Positions 55,837 through 63,645 of a stretch of DNA of 64,000 nucleotides are shown here, one piece after another. How positions within the stretch are numbered: position 1 is the first letter of the stretch; the number at the start of each line of letters is the position of its first letter. The DNA is from Candidatus Yanofskybacteria bacterium RIFCSPLOWO2_01_FULL_42_49 (lineage in GTDB: Bacteria > Patescibacteriota > Minisyncoccia > 2-02-FULL-40-12 > GWA2-44-9). Where the stretch lies: the NCBI GenBank assembly GCA_001795615.1, contig MGKI01000014.1:5380-69379 (forward strand), in the 5' to 3' direction. The notes below the pieces were generated by a model, which made no database searches, was not told the origin of the DNA, and was given only the letters and a program-made list of their open reading frames with translations. A program made the position numbers and the translations under genes.

Positions 55837-56778
55837 ATGAGTAAAACCAAGGTTCTCATCTGTGGCGCAAACGGATTTATCGGACGCAATTTATTTGAAC
55901 ACTTTAATTCTGACGACGGATACGAAACCTACGGGACTTACTTTAAGAATAAGCCGAATGTTTTTAGTCCCAGGATATTCCAAGCTGACCTACGGGATAA
56001 AGATGAGGCATTACGGGCAACTCAAGGCATGGACATTGTAATTAATGCCGCGGCTTTGACTGACGGAATGGGGGCTTTTGATCCAACGACATATATTCCT
56101 CAAAACAGAGTGATAAACAATAACTTAATTGAAGCCGCTCACATAAATAGAGTAAAACACTTTATCTTTCTTAGCTGTACGGTGATGTATCCCTCAAGCG
56201 AAAGACCCCTGAAAGAAGATGAATATGATCTGAACAATGTCCATCCAAAATATAAAGAAGGCGCTCAAATGAAACTAGAGGGAGAGTGTTTGTGTTTGTC
56301 GTATGCTAATCTAGGAATTACAAAATATACTGCCATCCGCCATACAAATATTTACGGCCCTTATGATAAGTTTGACTTAAAACGCGGACATGTTCTGCCG
56401 GCCACCATCACAAAAGTGATGGAAGCAAAAGATAAAATCACAGTTTGGGGTAATGAAAAAGAATCAAGAGATTTTCTTTACATTGATGACCTAGCTAAGT
56501 TTATTGAGAAGGCCATTGAAAATCAGAAAAATAATTTTGAACTATTCAATGTTGGATATGGAAAAACATGTTCCGTAAATAAATTAGTCCAGAAAATAAT
56601 TTTCTGCTCGGGGAAAAAACTGGATGTCGTCCATGACCTCGAAAAACCTACGGTTGAAACACATATGAACATTGACGTAAAGAAAGCAAATAATGTTCTT
56701 GGCTGGAAAGCCGAAATCGGATTATCTGAAGGACTCGTTATTACACTGGATTGGTATCATAACCACTACCCGCGCTAA
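55837..56778 (+). CDS. NAD-dependent epimerase/reductase (Fcl-like)
   Basis: GANGFIG, LSCTVMYP, NIYGPYDKF, HVLPA, VWG, RDFLYIDD; start moved to ATG 55837. Confidence 0.85.
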   Translation: MSKTKVLICGANGFIGRNLFEHFNSDDGYETYGTYFKNKPNVFSPRIFQADLRDKDEALRATQGMDIVINAAALTDGMGAFDPTTYIPQNRVINNNLIEAAHINRVKHFIFLSCTVMYPSSERPLKEDEYDLNNVHPKYKEGAQMKLEGECLCLSYANLGITKYTAIRHTNIYGPYDKFDLKRGHVLPATITKVMEAKDKITVWGNEKESRDFLYIDDLAKFIEKAIENQKNNFELFNVGYGKTCSVNKLVQKIIFCSGKKLDVVHDLEKPTVETHMNIDVKKANNVLGWKAEIGLSEGLVITLDWYHNHYPR

Positions 56779-56846
56779 GTGCGGGTTTTATTTTACAGAA
56801 TATAAAAAGTATGGTAGAAAAAGTCATTGTACTTTAAAAAGGGTGG
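56768..56846 (+). promoter_or_regulatory. Terminator, promoter, boxA-like 12-mer and SD junction
   Basis: ACCCGC...GCGGGT hairpin over the stop; TTTACA, 17 nt, TAGAAA; GTACTTTAAAAA (56829-56840); GGGTGG. Confidence 0.6.
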
Positions 56847-56848
56847 CC

Positions 56849-57649
56849 ATGATAAATCCTTCATTCCTAATAACGGGAACATCGTCTGGTCTTGGACGCT
56901 ACCTATTGGAAGAACTACGGGGTACCCCATTCAATCGTAAAGACACGGAAAATGAGATAAGTAGTCATTCCAAAGATTATTATGACGCCATCATCCATTG
57001 CGCGGTTGACGCAAGGAATATCATCCCCCCTCATGAATTACTCGCCTATTATGAATCAAATGTAGAACTTACAAGAAAGTTGACTCAAATTCCTCATGGT
57101 CTATTTGTTTATATTTCATCGCCCGCTGTATATCCTAATCCCCTGCGCTTGAATAAAGAGACCGACATCCCCGATATTCCTGAAGTCGTATCGCCCGTTC
57201 ATCACACTTATTATCTTTACGGACTTTTTAAATTTCTTAGTGAGCAAATAGTATCAAAATACGCTAAGGATCATCTTGTTCTCCGTTGTGCTCATATTTT
57301 GGGCAGAACAAGCAGAGAATCGAGTAACGTAGTCAGAGTACTTAAGGATGATCGTAGCCAACTTACATTAAGCGCTGATACTACTTTCAGTTTCGTAAGT
57401 ATGGAACAGCTGAAAAAATTCATTGAATTGGCATTGACAAAAAACATCACCGGCATATTCAACGCGGGTTCTAGCCAATACTTGACTCTTGGAGAGATAG
57501 CCAGAGCGGTCAACAGTAAGCCCAATTTTGGAAAATTTGTCCATAATGTACACAAAATAGATACTACTAAGATCAGGGGGGTTTCAGCAGAGTTTAATAA
57601 AGGATCCCTTGAATTAGCCATGGAAACCGCCAAGGAACTACGAAGTTGA
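56849..57649 (+). CDS. NAD-dependent epimerase/dehydratase family protein
   Basis: ITGTSSGLG, IHCA, YISS, YGLFK; start moved to ATG 56849. Confidence 0.8.
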   Translation: MINPSFLITGTSSGLGRYLLEELRGTPFNRKDTENEISSHSKDYYDAIIHCAVDARNIIPPHELLAYYESNVELTRKLTQIPHGLFVYISSPAVYPNPLRLNKETDIPDIPEVVSPVHHTYYLYGLFKFLSEQIVSKYAKDHLVLRCAHILGRTSRESSNVVRVLKDDRSQLTLSADTTFSFVSMEQLKKFIELALTKNITGIFNAGSSQYLTLGEIARAVNSKPNFGKFVHNVHKIDTTKIRGVSAEFNKGSLELAMETAKELRS

Positions 57650-57700
57650 CACAGGATTACAAATGCCTTAAGTTGATATCTAGCACATTAAACAAAAGAG
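57646..57700 (+). promoter_or_regulatory. Promoter plus boxA-like 12-mer
   Basis: TTGACA (57646-57651, overlapping the upstream TGA), 17 nt, TAAGTT; GCACATTAAACA (57683-57694). Confidence 0.5.
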
Positions 57701-57706
57701 CAACAA

Positions 57707-58498
57707 ATGTTTGACAGGCCTATTGAACTTACTCCTGAACAAATAAGGCTTTACGACGACAAGGGATATTTGGTCGTAGAAAACATTTTTAGTAGCGAAG
57801 AATGTGAAGATGCAATAGCAATATTTGAGCGACACGCAAGATTAGCGGGAGATATAGAATTTAAGGGCGTAATGAACCTCGACAGACCTGAAGAGTGGAC
57901 CCATGTTTATAAACCTAACGAAAAGCATGTCCATCAATATGTAAGACATGTCCTTCTAAAGCATCCTGCCATTGTGACAATACTAGAGATCCTCCAGAGA
58001 ACGGAGCCGGGCGGAGTGGTTTTAATGCAAAGCATGTTCCTGTATAAAAAGGCTCGATCTCTCTATAATGAACAGGCCTGGAACCCTCATCAAGATGGAA
58101 TATATCATGGCTCGCCCGTAGGCGGGACATTAACGGCAAATATAGTCCTTACCGATCAAGATAAAGAAAATGGCGGTATGTTCATTTATCCCGGCTCTCA
58201 TAAAGAAGGATTTCTTGAACCGGAAAAAAAGAAAAGTTTCCACGAAGGCCGTGGCAACAGGCCGGGGCATGATCTTAGCAATCATCCGATCTTTAAAGAA
58301 AAATATTCCGGTAAAGAAATTGATCTTATAATGAAGGCCGGTTCTGTTCTATTCCTTCATGGTTGCGTTATCCATGGATCATATTCAAATAGATCAGAAA
58401 ATCGGGATCGGCCAATGCTTCTAAGCCCTTACAAGACCCAAGGTCTGTCCTTTATTTCCGGTGAAAAGGGTAAGCGAATGGAAATACCGATAAGATAG
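57707..58498 (+). CDS. PhyH-family Fe(II)/2-oxoglutarate dioxygenase
   Basis: DKGYLVVENIF, PHQD, ENGGMFIYPGSH, AGSVLFLHG, IHGS, R. Confidence 0.88.
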   Translation: MFDRPIELTPEQIRLYDDKGYLVVENIFSSEECEDAIAIFERHARLAGDIEFKGVMNLDRPEEWTHVYKPNEKHVHQYVRHVLLKHPAIVTILEILQRTEPGGVVLMQSMFLYKKARSLYNEQAWNPHQDGIYHGSPVGGTLTANIVLTDQDKENGGMFIYPGSHKEGFLEPEKKKSFHEGRGNRPGHDLSNHPIFKEKYSGKEIDLIMKAGSVLFLHGCVIHGSYSNRSENRDRPMLLSPYKTQGLSFISGEKGKRMEIPIR

Positions 58499-58513
58499 AC
58501 AATAGAAGTACAC

Positions 58514-58602
58514 AAAAACGGCGTTAGCCGTTTTTTATTTCTATGGACATTTTTGTATAATATGATATTATAATTTCAGTTTTTGTACTTTTACAAGGAG
58601 GA
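58514..58602 (+). promoter_or_regulatory. Terminator, promoter, boxA-like 12-mer and SD junction
   Basis: AAAAACGGC-GTTA-GCCGTTTTT; TGGACA (58544-58549); GTACTTTTACAA (58585-58596); GGAGGAG. Confidence 0.65.
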
Positions 58603-58604
58603 GC

Positions 58605-60482
58605 GTGGCAATCAATTTACTGGCAAGACCTCCATCAGAATCGCAAATTTTGATAGCAGAAAAGATCAAGAAAAAACTGCCCAACGGCTGCAGAAAAATT
58701 CTATTGGTTATGCCGCCCAATGTCCCTGAAGAGGATTGGGATCCGGAAGTGGCCGGCAATAACAGATATCCGGTATATGACCCTTACGGCTTAGGCGTTC
58801 TCGCCGCCTGCGCCGATTTAAGAAGTTATGAGACGAATATTATTGATCTTAATTTTATGCTTCAAGATAATTTTAAGAGTGGCCGGGGAAATTTCCAATA
58901 TGAATATTGGAAAAAGTGGCTCAAGCAAAAAATGGAAGAATTCAAGCCCGATATGGTTGGCATAACCTGTATGTTCACCATTTACCATCGTTCAATGGTC
59001 AGAGTTGCCGAGTTCGTCAAAGAATACAACTCAAACATAGTCGTCATTGCCGGCGGCGTCCATACGACTATGGCCTCAACTGACGTTATATCAGCTCCCG
59101 GCCAACTTGTCCTTGAAGATTGCAAAGCGATAGATTTTGTCGGCCTATACGAGTGCGAGAACAGTTTCCCTGATTTTCTTGATATAGCAAACGGTAAATT
59201 GAATCCTGAAAGTATGACCCAAATTGCCACCCTCATAAACGATCAATATACGGGAATTTTAAAAAGGGCGGAACCAAAACAAGAAATATTGAATATCGCT
59301 CCAAATTATCATAACCTGCCGATCGAAAGATACAGTTCTATCGGAAGAATAGGCACTTTCTACTGGCTATTCAAGCCCGCAACAAGAGCCGGAACAATCC
59401 GTTTCAATTATGGCTGTCGGGCTCATTGCAGATTCTGTTCCGTAGAAAAAATAACCGGCAAAGGCATCGTATTAAAAAGAGACGTGGACGTAGTTCTAGA
59501 CCAACTTGAGCGCTTAAAAGACATGTATGGGATTAGCCATGTGATGTTTCTGGATGACGACATATTCAACGGAGAAGAAAGAACCGTAGCGCTTTTTGAG
59601 GGCTGGGCAAAAAGAAAGTTAAATATCACATGGGATGCTTCAAATGGTGTTATCGCTTCAGCGTTGACGCCTGAGATCGCGCATGCCGCGTCAGAATCAG
59701 GATGCATCGCTTTAAGTTTCGGCATTGAATCAGGAAATCCGGAAGTGTTAAGAAATATACCAAAACCAAGCGGAGTTAAGCATTATCTGCGTGCCGGAGA
59801 AATAATGAAAAAACATCCAGAGATATTCACTAAAGGATTACTGATGGTCGGTTTTCCGCCCGAACCGGAAAGAAATTTTCCCGGGGAATCGATCGGAATG
59901 ATCTGGGATACCATTAACCTTGCCAAACAAATGGATTTGGACTGGTACACCATATCACCCCTCAACCTTATCCCCGGCGTGGAGATTACAAATCACGCGA
60001 TAGTTCGAGGCGAGATAACAAAACAGGGATTAATTGACGGCTCGGAAAGACCAATCGTTAATTCAACCGGTCAACAAGCTCTAAGGGCCAGACGCGAAAA
60101 AGAAAGTGCCCTGCCGTTCGTTGACCATCTCGCCGGAGATCCAAACGGAATTCCAGCCAGAGAAGATCTTATTGATATTTGGTTTGTTATGGATTACAAG
60201 GTCAACTATGAAAAAATGTGGCATTTGGAAAATCCCTTAAAAATAGAAATGCTGCATAAATTATTCGTCAACATGTGTGACAAAACCCATAAAGAAAATG
60301 CCCTGGGAAATCTGTATTTTGCTCTCTTGGAGCATGAACGCAATGACAGAACACAGGCAAGTTATCGTTTAAATTTAGCCGAAGAGTTTGCAAGAGATAA
60401 TGATTACTGGAGAGTAAGGTTCCCGAAAATGGGATTTGATAAATTAGCCGCTGATCTGCGACAAATGATAAATGGGGCTTAA
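58605..60482 (+). CDS. B12-binding radical SAM protein
   Basis: PYGLG, PDMVGIT, IAGGVH, GCRAHCRFC, FLDD, FGIESG, MVGFP. Confidence 0.9.
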   Translation: MAINLLARPPSESQILIAEKIKKKLPNGCRKILLVMPPNVPEEDWDPEVAGNNRYPVYDPYGLGVLAACADLRSYETNIIDLNFMLQDNFKSGRGNFQYEYWKKWLKQKMEEFKPDMVGITCMFTIYHRSMVRVAEFVKEYNSNIVVIAGGVHTTMASTDVISAPGQLVLEDCKAIDFVGLYECENSFPDFLDIANGKLNPESMTQIATLINDQYTGILKRAEPKQEILNIAPNYHNLPIERYSSIGRIGTFYWLFKPATRAGTIRFNYGCRAHCRFCSVEKITGKGIVLKRDVDVVLDQLERLKDMYGISHVMFLDDDIFNGEERTVALFEGWAKRKLNITWDASNGVIASALTPEIAHAASESGCIALSFGIESGNPEVLRNIPKPSGVKHYLRAGEIMKKHPEIFTKGLLMVGFPPEPERNFPGESIGMIWDTINLAKQMDLDWYTISPLNLIPGVEITNHAIVRGEITKQGLIDGSERPIVNSTGQQALRARREKESALPFVDHLAGDPNGIPAREDLIDIWFVMDYKVNYEKMWHLENPLKIEMLHKLFVNMCDKTHKENALGNLYFALLEHERNDRTQASYRLNLAEEFARDNDYWRVRFPKMGFDKLAADLRQMINGA

Positions 60483-60557
60483 CGCTCCATTTTTTTATTT
60501 ATTTGCTAAAAAATGCATTTTAGTGTATAAAATTAGCATTGAACTTTAAAAATGAGG
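60471..60557 (+). promoter_or_regulatory. Terminator, promoter, boxA-like 12-mer and SD junction
   Basis: AATGGGGC...GCTCCATT plus T-run; TTGCTA (60503-60508), 17 nt, TATAAA; GAACTTTAAAAA (60541-60552); GAGG. Confidence 0.6.
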
Positions 60558-60561
60558 CGCT

Positions 60562-62691
60562 ATGACAGGGTCTAAGATGCTCAAAGTCATTCAGCCGAAT
60601 GAAAGTCCGCCGTATCCGATAGCAACTAAACCTCCGCCCAGAAAAATAAAGATAGGGCCGATCCAGCTTAACAACAGTTTCTCTGGACAGTGCTATTTAC
60701 CCCTTTCGGTTGGAATGCTGCAGGCCTATGCCCAAAAGCATTTATCTTATGCCGATCATTATGAATTCCTGTTGGCCGTTTATGACTTCGCGCCGATTTC
60801 TAAAATCGTAGACCAGCTAAGCAATGCCGATGTTTTGGCTATAAGTTTATATGTCTGGAATTTTGAGAATTCAATGGCTATCGCCAGAGAGTTCAAGAGT
60901 CGTTATCCGGACAGGTTGGTGATAGTGGGAGGGCCGCATGTGCCGGACAGCAAAAAACAATTTGCGAGAATAAAGAAAACCGACCCTAAGCCGGATGAGT
61001 TGAAGCGCAAAAGAATGGGGATGACCGAAAAATTTCACAGAGACCATCCTTATATTGACATAGCCGTACACGGCGAAGGTGAAAAAGTATTTAGATACAT
61101 ACTGGAACAACTGGCAATTGACGGCTTGAGAGATAAAACAAAACTGCCCTCAGTAAGTTATCTTGAGCATGACGGGGTATTCCATCACAACCCCAAACTC
61201 GAACGGATGCATGACCTATCCGAAGTACCGTCTCCGTATCTGGAAGGCGTATTTAACCCCCTCATGGATGCCCATCTCGACCAAAAATGGATTGCAATGT
61301 GGGAAACCGACCGGGGTTGTCCATATCAGTGCACTTATTGCGATTGGGGCGGAGCCACCGAAGACAAAGTCAATCCATTTCCCTTCGACAGAGTATCCCG
61401 AGAAGCCGTTTGGTTCGGCAAACATAAAATACCTTATATTTTTCTGGCCAATGCTAATTTCACTATTCTAAAAATAGATGTTGAAATAGCAAGAAAATTA
61501 GCCGAGGTTAAGGCAACATATGGTTACCCTGAAGGTATATCCGTTCAGAACGCCAAAAACCCCAAACCCCATGCCTTTGAGGCTCTGACTATCCTTGAAG
61601 AAGCCGGACTGAACAAAGCCACTGTTATGTCCATTCAATCTAAGAATTATGATACGCTAAAAGCGGTCCGCAGAGAAAACATGAAACCAGGAGAATATAA
61701 GGAAATCCAAAGTAGATTAAGAGAAAAGGGTGTTTACACAATGACTGATTACATTCTTCCTATGCCAATGGAAACATATGACAGCTTGCTAAATGGAATT
61801 GCCGCTATTATATCAGAGGGTCAACATGATAGGATTCAATTCAACAATTTGTCTATATTGCCAAACGCTGAAATGGGCGATCCAGAATATCAAGAACTTT
61901 ACGGAATGGATATGGTCAGAACGTCAATAACCAATATTCACGGCAAGAAAAGCGATTCCGTCAGTGGCGTTGAAGAAATGCAGGACTTGGTCATCGCGAC
62001 CAATACCATGCCCCGCGAAGAATGGGTCAAAGCCAGGACATTATGCTACGTGGTCGCGTTTACTTACTTCAACAAGCTTCTCCAGATACCGACAATGATT
62101 CTGCATGAGGTCTACGATATTCCTTATCGAGATATTTTTGAAACATTGATGGAAAAGCCGAAGCAAACTGACAACTTTCCAGTTTTTCGGGAAATATTGG
62201 ACTTCTTTCACTCTTTCTCACGAGGTATGCAAGACGGAACGCAGGAAGAATTCTTCCACTCTTCGGAATGTCTGGATATATTGTGGCCACCAGATGAGTA
62301 CGCGTTGATTAAATTATGCCGAGAAAACAAGCTTATAGAATTTTATAAAGAAGCGGAACAAATGTTAAAGCAACTTGTGGAACCGAATAAACAAGTAGAG
62401 CCCCTCATTGAAGCCGTGAAACTCAACCAGTCGCTTATCAAATTACCATTCCAGACCAATGACTTAGAAATAAATCTATCATACAATATTTGGGAAATAT
62501 ATCAAGCCGCTCGTCTGGAGAAGAAAATTAAACTGAAACAAGAGAGCCATCGACATACTATCGACCGAACCAGCGAACATTGGGATTCGTGGGAAGAGTG
62601 GTATGAAAAAATGGTCTGGTGGTGTAATCGCCGAGGCGCCTATCTTTACGGAAATAAAAATCCTGTTCCAGACATTGAAGGACATCACTAA
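60562..62691 (+). CDS. B12-binding radical SAM protein
   Basis: YLPLSVG, SLYVWN, VGGPH, GEGE, PSPYL, ETDRGCPYQCTYCDWG, NANF. Confidence 0.92.
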   Translation: MTGSKMLKVIQPNESPPYPIATKPPPRKIKIGPIQLNNSFSGQCYLPLSVGMLQAYAQKHLSYADHYEFLLAVYDFAPISKIVDQLSNADVLAISLYVWNFENSMAIAREFKSRYPDRLVIVGGPHVPDSKKQFARIKKTDPKPDELKRKRMGMTEKFHRDHPYIDIAVHGEGEKVFRYILEQLAIDGLRDKTKLPSVSYLEHDGVFHHNPKLERMHDLSEVPSPYLEGVFNPLMDAHLDQKWIAMWETDRGCPYQCTYCDWGGATEDKVNPFPFDRVSREAVWFGKHKIPYIFLANANFTILKIDVEIARKLAEVKATYGYPEGISVQNAKNPKPHAFEALTILEEAGLNKATVMSIQSKNYDTLKAVRRENMKPGEYKEIQSRLREKGVYTMTDYILPMPMETYDSLLNGIAAIISEGQHDRIQFNNLSILPNAEMGDPEYQELYGMDMVRTSITNIHGKKSDSVSGVEEMQDLVIATNTMPREEWVKARTLCYVVAFTYFNKLLQIPTMILHEVYDIPYRDIFETLMEKPKQTDNFPVFREILDFFHSFSRGMQDGTQEEFFHSSECLDILWPPDEYALIKLCRENKLIEFYKEAEQMLKQLVEPNKQVEPLIEAVKLNQSLIKLPFQTNDLEINLSYNIWEIYQAARLEKKIKLKQESHRHTIDRTSEHWDSWEEWYEKMVWWCNRRGAYLYGNKNPVPDIEGHH

Positions 62692-62729
62692 AAAGTTTAA
62701 AGCTTAAAATTAAAAGTTAAAAGTTTACG

Positions 62730-62815
62730 ACACCGCCGAAAGCGGTGTTTTTGACAAAAAACAAAAGATAATTTAATATAGCACCAACATAAAGCAGTTT
62801 TTTAAAAATAAGGAG
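62730..62815 (+). promoter_or_regulatory. Terminator, promoter, boxA-like 12-mer and SD junction
   Basis: ACACCGC-CGAAA-GCGGTGT then Ts running into TTGACA (62751-62756); GTTTTTTAAAAA (62797-62808); AAGGAG. Confidence 0.65.
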
Positions 62816-62822
62816 CGATAAT

Positions 62823-63635
62823 ATGTATCCAGACCTAAGAGGAAGAACGGCTCTGGTAACCGGAAGTTCTGACGGAATAGGAGCCGAAATTGCTTTACGT
62901 TTATCCATAGAGGAAGTCGAGGTTATCGTTCATGGAAAAAATCCAGAAAAAGTAGAAAGAATATGTAGTAAAATTAGGGAAGCAAGCTCAAATAAAAGCC
63001 GAGTACACCAATTCGTTGCCGATGCTACTAAACCGGAACAAATAAGCCGTTTCTTTGAAACAAAAATGCCCCAAATCGGTAAATTGGATATTTTGGTTAA
63101 CAATATCGGCGGCATACCGGGGATAAAAACATTTGAAAAAGTAAGCGATGAAGAGTGGTACGACACCTTTACCCTTAACGTGATGGCCCCCGTAAGGTTT
63201 ACTCGTTTGGCTTTGCCATATCTAAAAAGATCAGCTCAGGCCAGAATTATTAACTTGGGAAGCGCAGCGTCAATGCAGCCCGGAGTAAATAATCCGCATT
63301 ATCTTGCGGCCAAGACGGGACTAGTCAATTTAAACAAGTATCTTTCCAACGATCTCGCTAAATATAATATTTTGGTCAACATGGTTTGCCCCCATACTAT
63401 AAAAGGCGGAGCTTGGTTTAGAGACATAAGAAATATTACTAACAACACGGGCGTTTCTTTGGAACAAGCAGCTCAACAACTTGAAAATTCCGTAAAGATT
63501 AAGGTTCCTCTTAACCGTGTGGGGACGATGGAAGAAGTGGCCAACTTAGTTATCTTCTTGGCTTCAAACTCAGCCTCCTTTATAAACGGCGAGTGTATCT
63601 TTGTCGATGGCGGAACTAAAAGGTCAATTTTTTAG
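62823..63635 (+). CDS. Classical SDR oxidoreductase (paralog of 55026-55835)
   Basis: TGSSDGIG, LDILVNNIG, YLAAK, PLNRVG, VDGG. Confidence 0.9.
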   Translation: MYPDLRGRTALVTGSSDGIGAEIALRLSIEEVEVIVHGKNPEKVERICSKIREASSNKSRVHQFVADATKPEQISRFFETKMPQIGKLDILVNNIGGIPGIKTFEKVSDEEWYDTFTLNVMAPVRFTRLALPYLKRSAQARIINLGSAASMQPGVNNPHYLAAKTGLVNLNKYLSNDLAKYNILVNMVCPHTIKGGAWFRDIRNITNNTGVSLEQAAQQLENSVKIKVPLNRVGTMEEVANLVIFLASNSASFINGECIFVDGGTKRSIF

Positions 63636-63645
63636 GAAAAATTAT

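Noticed and set aside
3450-63166. Numerous 60-150-aa ORFs overlapping annotated genes on the opposite strand or in another frame, and over-extended N-termini in the track (e.g. 4517, 10807, 20939, 23362, 33904, 44170, 49183, 55801, 56693)
   Set aside because: They have no motifs or ribosome-binding context; better starts are supported by SD/promoter position and family N-termini.
40761-63635. Integron cassette array
   Set aside because: No intI and no attC structure (RYYYAAC...GTTRRRY); the units carry their own promoters and occur in both orientations.
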